A stretch of DNA of 56,311 nucleotides, counting the filler, from Sluysia triapertura (Eukaryota), in assembly GCA_046118255.1 (NCBI GenBank). It is 4 parts of 4 records of this genome, joined end to end, with 100 filler letters (N's around TTAATTAATTAA, not from the genome) between each part and the next. Parts side by side here need not be neighbours in the genome. Positions count along the whole stretch, not along the records: positions 1 to 11,339 come from JBJNIA010185835.1; positions 11,440 to 26,287 come from JBJNIA010247427.1; 2 more parts are not named here. One strand, written 5' to 3'. Made by a program: the position numbers and the translations under genes. Under the pieces are notes generated by a model that was not told the origin of the DNA, made no database searches, and saw only the letters and a list, made by a program, of their open reading frames with translations. Position 1 is the first letter of the stretch; the number at the start of each line of letters is the position of its first letter. Of this stretch, positions 1 through 14,776 are shown piece after piece.

Positions 1-3000
1 AGCTTTAAAATCCTACGCAGACGTCCATTATAGGTAAATCGTTTAGCGTAGGCGGACCCAAAATATAAATTTAACATATTTCTATAATTGTTCAGGTCGT
101 ATTAAAACCGAACAGAAGTGCTTAATCAAGTAATGTAAGCAATAGCCTTAACTCTTCAGATTGTATCCCCAATTTCTCATATTTACTTTATAAAGTAAAA
201 CTAAGTAAACAAAATTAGTCAAATACTTGTCTCATGTTCAATCTGAAAATATAAAACAAAAAAACACGAAAATTTGGGCAGTAGCTCTACTGCTTATTAA
301 CTGGAAAAAGAATATTAATTATTAGGAATCTTAGAAAATTGCTACGATCAAGAGATATTCGTTTATTTCGGCTGCAAAAGTATTAATTGTAGAAAAAATT
401 TGTGGAACACTGATATCGTTATTATATCATTATCAAGAAATAGTCACTCAACTGTCAAAAGCAATCCATTTTTTCGATACTATTTCTAAGTTAATTGTTT
501 ACAAGTTTTATTTCCGTTACCAGAAATACAAAATTGTACTTAAAATGAAGGTTAAACTAGGTACAAAGAAAACTTCATTATAAACATCAATTATGTGCTA
601 GAGGTTAATCTCCAGAAACAACTCTATTACATATTATTATTTAGAAATTAGCCATTGCGGTTTGTGTAAAAATTTTTAATCCTCTTTATAATATAGATTC
701 GAATGTTGTATTTGTTTTTGTTGTTAGTTAATAGGCAGAGTTTAAGAATTTAAAATATTTTTGAAATAATTGAATTAGCTGTTGGAGAAAAAGACATAAG
801 CTTTATAAAGTTAATTAAAAACTGAATTAGATTTGAATCGCAGAATAATTTTGTGAGCAACAAAATAAAGATAATTTGTGAAGTTACAAAATATAAACTC
901 AGCCAAATTGTAAGACAAAAGAAGTTAATAATTCAATAGTGCAATAAAAAATACTGAAATAATCCCAGGATTGGTAAACTAGTACTATAAATTTTGAAGG
1001 CTAAATATTATAAAGAAATTCTTAAAGACAAATCATAAATTAAGCAATTAAGTGTCAGTTGTACAGACTCCCATAAAAACGTATGTGTCGCATTAGACAT
1101 AAATCGTGGAACATAGACGAACCCTAATTATTCGTAAGTAAAAAAACCAGTGCATACTTTTATTCAAACAAAAAATAAATAAGTGTACAAATAATTATTA
1201 ATAGCAATAAGATAATTTTTTAAAAAATTTACTGAATTTATATTAATTTAAATTTAATATAGGCTGAAATTAAACAATTACCTTTATACTGGTGATAAGC
1301 GGGGTCGATTGCTGCTGTAAACCAGACAAATACAATACTACAAAGGCTCAGAGTTATAAATAACCAAGTATCTCGTAATTAAAGAATTCACTAGTTGACA
1401 AACAATATCTCATTTAATAGAATTATTTGTCGTTATCTATTCTGTGATGATATTGTTTCCCGTAGTATTTATACTCGAAAGTACGTATGATATAATTTTA
1501 AATAATTATTTAAATTCAGCCAATAAAATTGTTTATATTGAATAAAATAAAATTGTTAATGAAACTGTTTAATAAAACGTACTGATATATACATAAAATT
1601 ATTATTGTTCAATTTCAGCCAAAAATTACAAAGATACAAAATTGTTATTATTTATTTTGTTGTTTAATATTGTTATTTAATATTGAACATCTGAATAGTA
1701 ATAATAGTGATGATGATGTCACCGTTAAATGTCTACAAAACGATATTGAAATACATAGAAATTTATATGCGAAATTTTGTTAAAAAACCAACTACAGTGA
1801 TATTACATTTGTTTAAAATATATGCTATAACCAGCCCCACGTATCAATTCAATTTCAGTCTTGAACTCTTCAAAGCTAACTCTCGACTTATATTTGGTCA
1901 AGCACTTGTCACTATACGATTATTACTTCTATACTTAAAAGATACGTTAAAGTTTCGTTTATATAATTTGTATCAACTTTGAAGTCTTAATAAATTTTAC
2001 TCGTCTCAGCTGTTAGAGATGAAAGGGCTTAATCAATATAAACTATGTTCTTTAGATCTTATTTCCCAACTCATGTGACTTAACTTATAATAAATTAAAC
2101 AAACAGACAAATGAGAAATTTTATTTAAATATCGCTAAAAAGAAAATGAACTGATAAACAATTTAAATAAAACGTAATTTTGTTAATTTATGATTAGTTA
2201 ATTTTATCAGATTAAACTACTTAACTTAAAATACACATATGATCAATTATATTTCAATATCTAATGACACAAATTCCCGAATAATGTATCGTAGTCAAAA
2301 TTATCGCAATCTCGTTTATACCTTCTGTTGTGTTTTTCCCCGAGCACGTTGGAATATTTATACTCGTTAGATGATATAATTCCACAAATAATTTTGATAT
2401 AAATCTTTGATCAATAAGGCAAGTAAAATAATTACTACTTAATCTTACAAATAAATTTATTTATTTAATTTCAAAAGCAGTATGAATACACTGTTAAAAA
2501 TTTGTATAGTTAGAAAAATGTATGACGTTATCTTTATAAATACAAATATATTTCGAATTGTGTTTACTAATGCATATTTTTTGTTTTTTTTAAGCAGAGT
2601 TTTGTGTAAACAAAGGATCGAAAAGTAAAACTTAAAATAACAGCAGAAACGAGCATCGAACTTGATCTCTAAATAAAAATTTATAAGAGTTATTAAGTCA
2701 AGTAGACAAGAACTAATTTAAATTACTAAGAGAATTTAATAATAAGAGACTGATCTAAAACCAATTAAAAAACAAATTACATTTCTTATATTGTTAGTAA
2801 TTTATATTTGCATCTAAGACAAAAGTGCGCAAAGTAGGAGGTGTGCTAAAAATTTTAAAATTGTTAGATTTTACAAAGTTTTGTTTTTGCTTTGAATATT
2901 TTTGTTATTTTTTACCAATTCAAGTAATTCCATCATCTAATTCCATAATTTACATTCTTGATGTGGAACAATCATCAAATTTCAAAGCAAATATACTTAC

Positions 3001-3581
3001 GAATTCATAAATATACATGTGCATTAGAGATGTCATGATATTTAGTATTCTGCTATTTTTAGCACTGATATCACAATCGCGAAATAGCAGCTATTAAATA
3101 ACAGCAACATGTTGAAAAAATATTATTCCTTATACATACATGTCCCGCCCCTTTCCGCGTAGATGAGTACAGGCTCATGTTTGTGGCATTCAAATATGCC
3201 ACGGATTTTTTAAATCACAATTAATTTGCGTAACTTGTACGCCTTACAACCGTCAGTATCATTGTAGGGAAATCATATAAAATTCACAACCACACATCAT
3301 CACATAAAAATATTTCTTACATACACAGAACATTAAATAAACTAATTGACTCGTTCAAAACAAACCTAGTCATTGTACATAATGTGGTTTACTTTATTGT
3401 GATCAATTAATAACATTAGATTAAAAACATTGAAATTTTAGTTAATGTTAAGATATGAATTTGAAAAATAATATTATATTTCATTGTTACCTTCATTAAA
3501 TAAAATGTTTTAAATTCATTTAGACAGAATAACAACTCATTCAAAAAACTAAATTTATTTACATTAATTAAACTATGAGTT

Positions 3582-3960
3582 TTAATATTGACAACGATTA
3601 TCTCCCGAACATGCCATTTCACTAAATGAATAAAAAGATAGGATTAATTTATAATCAGTCAAATAATATTTAAAATTTACTTCAATGTTATCTGGTATCA
3701 CTTGATCAGATTGGAGATTTACATGACTGTCATTGGAAATGTTGAGCTCTTTAATACAAGGATATTGCACTGGAGACGAAGTGATTAAAGTTGATAACAG
3801 GTTGTCTATTCTGTTGCGATGTACGATGGCATCTGCTGGATTACTTCCAAAGCTCATGAACTGAATGGTAATACTTGCATCTTCTGTCATACCTTGAACA
3901 TTCTCCTGTTTGTGTGGTTATGTAAGGGCATAGTGCCGTCTTATGTTGTAGTCTGCTAAA
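3582..3960 (-). pseudogene. Frameshifted CCCH zinc-finger coding relic (copy A)
   Basis: HKTALCPYITTQTGECSRYDRRCKYYHSVHEL (Cys-His 3930-3865), then a frameshift into the 3582-3890 ORF frame giving SNPADAIVHRNRIDNLLSTL, which aligns with SNPISNCNSNDHMNRFNKLLLSL in copy C. Confidence 0.75.
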
Positions 3961-4199
3961 ATGGACATCTTTGTATATTGAGATTTGTTACCAAAATACG
4001 GCGACTTGAAATGATTAATTTTTGAATCAGTGTTTAAAGTTTAGATCGTGACATGTATACTTTATTTGTAATGATAAGCAAACCAACATCTACTAACAAG
4101 TATGATATGAATAGGTTGTTGCTATTGATCTCTCGGTACTTTCATGTATTTCATCATTTAAGGTTCATCCAATTTAAGTATAACTTTTACATGAGATAT

Positions 4200-4530
4200 A
4201 AGTCGATGCGGTTAAACTTTTAAATCATGAATAAATGTTTTAAAAGAGTTTTTAGATAAAGATTGATAATTTTGAATGTAATTAAGATTTAGATGTTGAC
4301 AGATTATTAATTTAAATGTTTTGAGGTATGGAAAATGGTTTTAGTGGATCTGAAGAAATAAAATATGAAAAAAGTTTTTGATGGAAAATAGTTAGGATGT
4401 TATGTAATGTGCGATATGTTGAATTAAATTTAAGTTTTAATTGTACGTTTGATGATTTTCAATGTTGGAGAGTGATTTTGTTATGTTACGATAAAATAAA
4501 ATTTGTTAAAGAAATAGGTTGGCCACCAGA
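4200..4530 (-). mobile_element. LTR-like terminal segment of the CCCH element family, copy A
   Basis: Begins TCTGGTGGCCAACC on the minus strand at 4530; same terminus and same G/T-skewed composition as 19740-20301 and 28260-28942. Inner boundary approximate. Confidence 0.5.
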
Positions 4531-5912
4531 ATTGTCTCAAAATTATTTATTGTAAAGAAAGTGCTTCAACATTAAATCTAACCCTAATAAAGAAGGTTGC
4601 GACCTCTTGAAAAGTTACTGCAATCTTGTTTGATCGTACTACTTTAATTTGGTTACTTGATCACGTGACTATTTTTGAAATTCGAAAAGACATTTGATAT
4701 TCAATTTTTTACTCGTGATTATACAAAGAAATATATCGAATATAAATAACTTTTACTTTTTAGCTAGTTAATATGTTAATACGAAAAACTAACAATAAAC
4801 CACATCGAATCGAACTTCACTGCGTTTTTATGAATAATATTTGCTGCTTCAGTTATATTTATCGATGATATTTCTACAAACAACACAGCCAAGTATATCG
4901 ATGATTAACGAATTTTGCCGATGACGGCGAAGATTGATTTTGAAATTATCTACAAACTGCGATTTTGACACAATAGGCTCAGACACTATTTCAACAATGA
5001 ACGCAGAACCACTAAGAAAACTTTTGGTGTTTACTTCATACTTCATACTTCATACTATACTTCATACTTAGGATTGTATGTAAGATTATTTACACAATGA
5101 TATTAAAGACAATAACGATGATTACAATGGTTTCGACATCTTTCCTTACGAGACTGCAAAGTTCTTTATGTTTCAGAAATTTATAATGAATGATTTATTT
5201 TAAGTGCTTTTGAGTATTTTTTGAAGACTAATACAAATCATTTGATTTCATTGTCAAGAAAAATCATTATTCACTTCATCCAATAATTTTCGTCTATTTT
5301 CTCTGTCGTCAGAAAATTAACAAGGCAACATTCTTATACTTAATTTAACGAATATATTTACCGAATAATGATAAATTAAAAAACAAACAAAATATAAAAA
5401 TCACATTTTACCAAATTAAACAGAATCTGAACGAAAGCCTTGTCCGATAGCAAATAATATTTATTTAACTAATATTTATTTATATTGTAATAACTTTTTC
5501 AATGTATGTGTTAATGTAAAATTAATTAATGTGTTAATTAATGTTATATAAATTAATTTGATAATTCAATCCATAGTTAATGATTTAAATTAATTACATA
5601 TAGTTCACATTCATGTATATAAAATATAGTTTACATTAATTCAGTTTTGTTATAACAACAATAATAATGATAATAATAGTAATAATAATAAACAATAATA
5701 ATATTAGAATTAATATTTCTGTTCGAACTTAAATCTTAATAGTTCTTAACATATTAAAAATAAGTTTATAGCTTATTAATTATTTTTAAATGAAAAAATT
5801 ATAATGAGTTTAAATGAAGAATGAGTATTATGTTTAATTTATAACAAAATTATTTATTTTACAAAATGGAAAATTGAATTATAAATTTAAATAAAGTATT
5901 TTAAAATATTTC

Positions 5913-6233
5913 CAATATGTAAATTGGAAAAATAAACAAAACATCAACCATCTCTAAATTAGAAATGTTAAAATAGTCACCTTTAACGTCCAAACACTTT
6001 TAGAATTCCACAGGCTTCGACGTGAATCACTTTTCGAAATCACGGTTAGCCTCTTCAGCGAAATGATGCGTTATCTCGTAGGAGAAAGCAGGTGAGACAA
6101 GGTGGATGCAGCATTTAAAAAAGGATTTAATAATGCAATTAATAACTGAACATTTCTTCATAAAAAACAATGAAATTTTTTAGATTTACAGACGATTGAT
6201 GATGTGTTGTTTATATTTCCAATTTACATATTG
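5913..6233. repeat. Segment bounded by roughly 40-60-bp inverted repeats (MITE-like or inverted duplication)
   Basis: CAATATGTAAATTGGAAAAATAAACAAAACATCA at 5913 and its near reverse complement ending at 6233. Confidence 0.65.
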
Positions 6234-8625
6234 TCTTTATTAGTTAAATAAATATTATTTTCTATAGGACAAGACTTTGGGTCCAAATGCAAATGTATCG
6301 CACTACAATTATATACAATAAAGATTTCTGGTAAGAAAGTTTTCAGTAAAATCGCAAATTATCCACTTCAAATATTCAATGATACATAATGAACGACTCG
6401 ACCCATAATTACAGAAGCGGAAATATGACAAACCACAACAAATTTTCAATTTTTGTTAGATATATTTTCTAATTTGTAAAATTGTGCTTATTTTGTTCTA
6501 AATATGAGATAGATAGATAGAGAGAGAGAGAGAGAATAATAAATTGAAATTAAACGCGATTTTAATTAAAATTAAATGATAGATGAAAAAGATTTAATCT
6601 ATGTACGAAGTACATACATTAACATTTTGTTTTTAATTTTTTATTTTATTTAAAAATTATGTTACTATAATTTATTTTAATTTTTAATTCAAAAAGTAAT
6701 TATTGTAAATATTTATTTCATTATAATTATATATAAATAATTAAATAATTAAATAAATAATAACCCTCTTGAGGAAACACGTCACTATAAGAGTACAACA
6801 ATTTGAAAAAGCATTTACGAAACACAGCACTAAGAATTATATAAAGATGAACCAATTTCATTGGTTAATTCATTTTGAATTAAATAAATTATTAAATTAT
6901 TGTAAGACTTGTTCTAAATTCTGTTTCGATAACAATACGTGAAACATAGTAGTATAATTTGATCATTAAGAATTATATTCATGTCACATGATTAATTTCT
7001 ATTGGTTACTAAAATTTCAGAGCATTTTCAGTCGAAACACTGAACTAGTACAAAAAATAACTAGATAATTTTACTCATATCTTATCTGATCATTGGATTC
7101 AGCTACAATCCACGAATTAAAACGTAGATTAGGCCGAGTCGGCAAACGTACTTGTATGCCGAGGATGTTTAGGTAACACGTTGCCGCAAAGTGCAGCTCT
7201 AGCAGGCAATTTTTGTCACCTTGAAAGCAAATTAATGCAGTCTTCCAATACACAAAAAAATATAACAATCTACTTAAAAGCTAAGAACATTTTTTGTACG
7301 AATATTAATGTCTTGACGGTTACAGCTGTCAAGAGTTTTCTTCAAAATAATTTTAAAATGAGTGATAATTTTAGTTTTAGACATGCATATTATGTTTATT
7401 TAATTAAGTCACCATAAAATCATTTTTGGCAAGATGAGGAAAAAAAGTGTTATCAATGCAATGTAAACTCTAATTTTAAATGAAATAAATCTTAAATAAC
7501 AAGAAATTAATATTTTTAATTAATATTTTTAAATTAATTTTTTAAAATAATATTTTCATTTAATAATTTTAATTAATATTTTCAATTAATATTTTTAATA
7601 TATTAAATTAATATTTTAATATTTATTTTAATATTAATATTTTAAATTAATAAATTAATATTTTAATTAATTTTTAAGTTAATATGTTTAATACAGTCGG
7701 CTACAAATGGATGCATGTATCCATAAACGAATATAACAAACAAAAAAAATAAGTGATTAATCTGGTTTTTGAGGAAAATAAAAAAATTTTAAACTTCATT
7801 TTATTGTAGAAAAGAGTGAAATATAACATAAAATTATTAAAACTGAAGTTTTGTATGGTAATTTTTGAAGCATTCATCATCATCATCGCTACACACACAT
7901 ATCGAGAGAATCCTTTCTTCTACAATATATCTTCTTTGGGTTTCTTTCGCTTGATGATTCCATTTTATTAGAAATTTATTATTTATTCAACAAGGTACAA
8001 TATAATTATTTAACGAATGAAATAGTGAATATGTAGATTTGAAACATGAAATTTTAAGTTGAAAATCGGTTAAAGAAACTATTTTCTACATTTTAAATAA
8101 TAAAAAAGCAACATCTAAATGCAAATAAAATGCATTGTTACGGAAATCCATTGAAAGGTATATTTCAAAGTTTCGAAAATTTTAATTCGAATAAAAATAA
8201 AATAATTCCGATAAAAGAAAAATTAAGTGTTATTTATTAAAATATCATGAAATATATAAATTGTTTCTGACAAACAAATATACTATTTATCGTTTATCGA
8301 AGAAGAGAAAAGTTAGTTTTTAAAATGAGAATTATAAATCGTAAACATTTTAATTTTGTAATGAGTCAGCACGACGAATGTTTCGAATAATTCTTCTTTA
8401 ATAACATATAAGTTGAACCCTTTGACGAGAAAATCGACATATCTTCATGAAACATATCTTCAAGAGCATAAAAATACTGTTACATTTTCATTGGCAAAAC
8501 TCTAAAGAATTCTCAAAATTCGCATTCGAATAAAATCTATTCTAAGAATTTTTCGAAGCAGAAGAAAATTAATATTTGATTTTATAATGCAAAGAAAGTT
8601 AAATTTAAATAAATTATTTATTATA

Positions 8626-8627
<2 letters not shown>

Positions 8628-8702
<75 letters not shown>
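8628..8702. repeat. (ATT)n microsatellite
   Basis: Direct reading. Confidence 0.95.
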
Positions 8703-9385
8703 TAGTAATTAATTAAAAATGTGTATCATAAATACTAATAAAATCGTCATTAGGGATTTATAACACACCATAATTTTGGGTATTGTATAAATCAATTATT
8801 TACATTGATAAAACAACCACAGAAAGTGTTAGAAAAAGAAATTAAAAGAAGTATTTATTAAATTATTCATTTGTTTTAATAGAAACAAATTTAAGAAACG
8901 TAGCATAAATAAAATAATACTCAAAACACAGTACAGAAAATTATTCATTAATTATTTTCATTCTTCTTCACTTTTTGTTCTATTTATGTTTATTTATTTA
9001 TTATTTTCAAAAGTAAATGTTCTCTGTATTTTAGACAAATAACAAAGTTAGGCCAATCATTAAGTTTCTTGTTTAGGTGTGCAATATTCTAGAAATACAC
9101 AATCAAAATAGTTTTCCACTGATTTTATCAGATAAATTTTTAGAATCAATTTGAATAAATGGAACATGAACATAAACAAGTGGTACTGGACAATAGACCA
9201 CAAACAGTTTAAGAGAAATTTAAAATGCATTGAGACAATTAAATTAAATATCGTTTTAAATTTCAGATTTAATTGTTTAATAATATTGATTTATTAATTA
9301 ATAATATTAATTTCTAAAATAAATGCAAAATGAGTAATACATAATATTATATTTAGTAAATTTGTGCAAATATTAAGTAGTAATG

Positions 9386-9444
<59 letters not shown>
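9386..9444. repeat. (AAT)n microsatellite
   Basis: Direct reading. Confidence 0.95.
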
Positions 9445-9446
<2 letters not shown>

Positions 9447-10691
9447 TCAAAATACAAATTAAAGTATTATAATTGTAGTTACTATATTATTAAATTTATT
9501 GTAGTCAATATATCTGTGGAATTATTATTCCTGAATTTTCTGACAATATTATTATTTTGAATTAACATTGATATTATGGTATCATTATTATTATTATTGT
9601 TATTATCATTACTACTTAATATTTTAAAATGATAAATTAAATTGCATAAATTTATTAAATATAATATTATGTATTATACATTTTGCATTTATTTTACAAA
9701 TTTATTAATAACATTAATATTAATTCATTCAGTAACATTGTTATTTTTATCAAAATATCGATAAAAACGGGATATAAGACGATGTAAGATAAAGGTTTCT
9801 TTTAATCGGTATTTTGGAAAAAACACCGGTATTCCAAATGGTAACATTGGTAATGAACATAGATAATTCATTACAAAGATTTTTTCCATTTGAAAAATAA
9901 ATAAATAAGCATTTATTGTAAAATTTTAATTGGAACCACGATTCTATTGGAATTATTTTAAGAATAATCATTTTTTGCGAAAAGGATAAAGGATGGATAA
10001 AATTACGATACTTAGAAGAATTCCATTGTGTTTCATTGTCTTCTATAATTTAATTTATATAAGACAAAAACGTAAAAGAAAAAGAAAAAAATGTTTTCTT
10101 TGTGTTGTTAAACAATATATGAGACACAAAACAGCAAACGGATATACTAGGTAATAACAAAACAAAGTTTAATTAAATTAAATTAAATTTAATCATGGTA
10201 AAATTAAATAAAATACTTTAAAATAAGAAGTCAAGTAAAATACATTAGAACAAGTTAAAAGAAGAAAGTGAGAAATATTTTGGAATGAGTCATACTTAAT
10301 TATCAAAAAAATTCAGTTAAAGATCGAACAAACAAACAAATAAATAAATAATGAATTGAAATGAAAAAATTATATAGCAAATATTATAATGTAGAATGAA
10401 ATTAATTATAGAATAAAATAAGTTAAATAAATTACAAATTAAAAATAATGAAGATGTTATAAAAATAGAAACCAAACTGTTCACGTATTATACAATGGAG
10501 CATTGTTATCATTAGTAAAATGTATAAATAAATAGTTTTAAAACAGTAAATTGTAAATAATAAATTTATTTTATTAAAAAACTTAAAAAATTTTTCATTT
10601 CCACTTCTAACACGAGAAACGAAATGATTGAAATTTAAACGATATTCGACATCATTCGAGTTCGACAAGTAAAATTTATATCTATATTCGT

Positions 10692-10793
10692 TTCTAAGTA
10701 TAACTTCTATAGTTATTTATTTATTAGATATTTAAATTAGATATTCTAAGTATAACTTCTATAGTTATTTATTTATTAGATATTTAAATTAGA
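10692..10793. repeat. Exact tandem duplication, 52-bp period
   Basis: TTCTAAGTATAACTTCTATAGTTATTTATTTATTAGATATTTAAATTAGA occurs at 10692 and 10744. Confidence 0.9.
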
Positions 10794-11196
10794 ATTTATT
10801 TAAATTGAGATATTATTTGATACATCACAAGAACTAAAATTAGGAGTTTAATTTATAAATATAATTTAAAATATTGATTTAAAAATGAACATGAAAGAAA
10901 ATATTAATTTTATTGTTAAACAGTGTCAATTAAATATCAGTTAAATAAAATGTAGTGTTATACTTATTTTAATCTTAACACACAACATTAACATCCATTA
11001 CATTCCACATTAATATATCATTACTTAAATAAACGATAATCTTTTAACTCACATAATATTATATAATAAATTATATTTATCAGTCACACTCAAGTCGTCA
11101 ATATTGTCCCATACAAGTATATTACTTTAGTATAATTCTTATATTCTTTCCTTTGGTTATACTTCCTTTTGGTATAGTCTTATATTATATTAAAAA

Positions 11197-11277
11197 AGGT
11201 CTGAACGAAAAGCTGTCATTAAAAATGCTGATATGTCTAAAGGCATGCAACAAGAAGCAAACGACTGCACTAGTTAA
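11197..11277 (+). pseudogene. Dynein light chain LC8 N-terminal fragment
   Basis: (R)SERKAVIKNADMSKGMQQEANDCTS*; matches LC8 MSDRKAVIKNADMSEEMQQD. The start codon position reads AGG, and the sequence is truncated after about 25 codons. Confidence 0.85.
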
Positions 11278-11339
11278 AAGTCATACTCAGTAACACATAG
11301 AAGTTTACGTATGCCTACTGAAAATTGTCTACTGAAATT

Positions 11340-11439
11340 NNNNNNNNNNNNNNNNNNNNNNNNNNNNNNNNNNNNNNNNNNNNTTAATTAATTAANNNNN
11401 NNNNNNNNNNNNNNNNNNNNNNNNNNNNNNNNNNNNNNN
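11340..11439. other. Artificial scaffold spacer N44-TTAATTAATTAA-N44 (same at 26288-26387 and 38338-38437); plain 145-N gap at 28114-28258
   Basis: Identical 100-bp layout three times; the 12-mer puts stop codons in all six frames. Confidence 0.97.
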
Positions 11440-13680
11440 TATAGTTACAAAAGTAGATCACGATAAAATTATACTTGATATACTAACTATTGAAATTATT
11501 AAGGTTTAAACTGATCGAGATAATAATAGTGAGTTTAATATTTAACAAGTTTTAAAGACGCAACAAAATATCATTTTTAAAAAAGCTCATAACTCAGTTA
11601 CATTAAATTAACCTCCAGAAGTTTGTGCACGTTATTACTTTTCTGAAATCTAACGGCTTAGCCATAATCTGTAAATCTAGATACGTTGCTGAACTCACTT
11701 ATTCACTTTTATTCTGTAAGGTGAATTCATTTAAATCCTCCAACAGAATAAACTGGTGCCTAAAATGAGGACCAGTATATAATAAAATACAAAGTTCTAA
11801 AGTCTCAAGCAAGACTATTAAGCCCAACATTAAGATGTAAATAATTTGAGAATATAAAATAAATTATAAGTTACATTTAAGTAAATTACTATACCCTAAG
11901 TTAATTTTTAATAAAGATTATACATTAAGCTGTAAATGAAAATAGATAAACTTGTATTGCACGACGACTATAGAGCTAAACTAAGAAATTACATGTCACT
12001 GCCTTAAAACTTCAAAGATTACATGGCTCAACTAGCCATATTAACATTACCAGAAATGATAAAATTTAACAGAGGAGAAGACCTCTGTAATTTGTTATTT
12101 GAATACGAAAGTATATCTGGAGAAAACGGCTGGAACGAAATTGAAAAAATTAAAATAATTCAAAATTATCTAGCTGGAGTAACGATCCAACATATACGGA
12201 AATAAGTAATAATGATAATCAATCTTAGAATGTATTTATAAATACCTTCACTGAAGAAGTAGCACGTGATGGCATGGCCAAATATTAAACCAGAAACTAA
12301 ATGTAAAACAAAAGAATCTAATAATTCATTTGTTTCCAGGGCAAAAATCCCTGAAGGCAGAAAAAATTAACATTATTAGACACATTAACATATGTTTAAG
12401 GAAATAATTAAAAAATTAATAAGTATAGAAAATATAGTGATGACAAAGATAATATTAATTATGCAAGCGATGATGATAAATATAAGAGAAAAAGCCCAAA
12501 ATTTATAAAGATAATTTTGATGATAATAGATATACGAATAATTTCCCTAATTATGATGAATAGATTTAATAGTCCACGCAGAGGCATTTCAAATAGTTAT
12601 GTAGGGATAATTCAAATAATCATAGAGGAAATAATCAATATAAATAGAGGATATCAGAATAATAGAATAAGTACGTATAGTGCATATAACCATGAACGAA
12701 GATCAGCAGCAAGATGACCACCTATTTCCTAATTTCTATAATAGGAATAGAAGTAAAAGCCCAATGAGATATGACAATAAGGTGAATATAGGTGGAGAAA
12801 TAATTTGTGACAACTATGGCAAAACTGGATATTACGCAAGAAATTGCAGAAAACTAATAAGTGTTTACTCAAAACTTTACTAAATTAAGGTGTCCACAAC
12901 ATTAAATATATCAAATTCCTACTAGGAAATTAAGATTTAATGATAATAATAAGAGTAATAAGGGACAAATAAATTATAATTACAGAAATCAAAAAGATGG
13001 CAGAAATGAGTATGAAGAGAAAAGAAATAAGAAAATAAAGTACAAAAAACCAAGAGAAATTAGTAGTGATGATGATAAATACCTCAAACTAATAACATAC
13101 GAAAAGAAAGCAATACTTCGAGAATTTTACATTACTGGATTATATTGTGACAAAAACTTATTTAAAAATAAACAGGAATAAGCGTTTATGAATAATATGC
13201 ACGATAGATATTTGGATTTTAAGGATAAACAAATTCAACTATTCAACAATTCAAGTTAGAATTCGATAAAAAAGAATTGAACAAAAGGAATTCAATAAAT
13301 ACTTGATAAATGGGAAGGCAAGTCAAAAAAATGTGAACCAATTAATAAATAGATTCAGAATCAAAAGAAAGCAATGATGAAACAGAAGTAGAATCAAATA
13401 ACGAATCCTAATAATTCAGAGGAATAAATAAATGACCAAGAAAGTATTCATCATGAATGGAATCAAATTTCATAGGAAACTTTGCAGAAAGTATGTCTCA
13501 GTGTTGCCAAATACTAAATATACCTATTAAATTTGTCGTTTTGATATCTAATTTTTAAATTTGCAGTTCAGTTACTTTTGGGATAGCTTATGTATATTCG
13601 CATCCCTGCCAAATTGTAATAAGAACTTGATAATGGGGAAGGAAGGTGTTAAATTCATACTATTTATACTTTTATACTAT
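11440..13680 (+). mobile_element. Decayed Ty3/Gypsy-type LTR element: LTR part, PBS, gag relic with knuckle, PPT; no pol
   Basis: PBS TGGTGCCTAAAATGAGGA at 11754-11771; gag-like LPEMIKFN..LFEYESI..NGW; knuckle relic CDNYGKTGYYARNC at 12806-12847; PPT GGGGAAGGAAGG at 13635-13646 followed by TGTTAAAT; colinear with 41360-44900 (minus). Confidence 0.8.
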
Positions 13681-14776
13681 TTCATTTGCGCTTTATGTTA
13701 CATTAGGTTTTATATTCACTTTAATAAGCATTTTTGAGGTATAATATTGGAAATGGAATATATTTGATCATTGATTGAGTGATACAAGCTAATTAAAAGA
13801 TCGATTATTGATTTTATATTAAATTACATAGAAAAAACACAAATTTTTAAATAATACTATTTTTAAAATTTATTAATTTCTATAATAGCTTTGATTTCCA
13901 TCAAGTAAATAAAAATTGTTTTAATATAATAATAATAATAATAATAATAATGCAGAACACTGCTTTAGATTTGTATAGAATTATGATCATAGTTTGTAAA
14001 AAGTAAACACTGCTTTGTCTTATAATATAAAGGTATAATTTCAAATGAAACATTAATTATTTTATTTAAAATTAATTCACTTTTAATGTACGTAATGCGG
14101 AAAAATTCGCTTTATCATGTTGGAAAATTGTATTCAAGCAATGATTTATTGAAATGAATGTTTCACTAACTTATATGTACTAGATGATATACACTTATAT
14201 CGTTAACTTATACACTTTTTGAATGACGGCACCTGGATTGCGATCAGACTTAATAGTAGATATAGTAGATTTACTATTGTGTGTGTCAAAAGTAATGTGT
14301 CACTTTGTGCGTTTTCATTGAATTGAAACTAATTGCTTTGTTTATAACATTAATTTTTAAAGAAAATGTACTAATAATAATAATAATGATAATAATAATA
14401 ATAATAATGTAACAATTATGAGCAAAATATAGAATACTTAGAAAATTTAATACAATAAGCACAATGAAACACAATTTAAATGCGTAGCAAAAGTTGAAAT
14501 CTCATAAAATAAATGAGAAATTAAAATAGCAATAGTTAGTCAAAAAAGGAACCGAAATTTAAGTAAAATTAAGTATAATTAAATATTAATATTAAAATTG
14601 TTAATTGTTAACTAAAATAAATAATGTGCGCATTGTTCTTATATAATGCTATTAAAAATCAACTAAATTTTGAAAATAATTAAAATGTCAAGGTCGCGCA
14701 TGCGCACACAAAAGAAACAAACTCTGCATGTCTATGAGTGAGCAATTTTTAAGAAAATAATACTAATGTTTGTTAA

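Noticed and set aside
4849-7268. Short exon-like stretches at 4849-5046, 6269-6330 and 7071-7225
   Set aside because: No recognisable homology and no consistent gene model could be built.
11384-11395. TTAATTAATTAA palindrome between N runs (three times)
   Set aside because: Artificial assembly linker, not biological.
14696-14705. GCGCATGCGC NRF1-like palindrome just past the ERMP1 stop
   Set aside because: Single short motif with no associated gene start to support a function.
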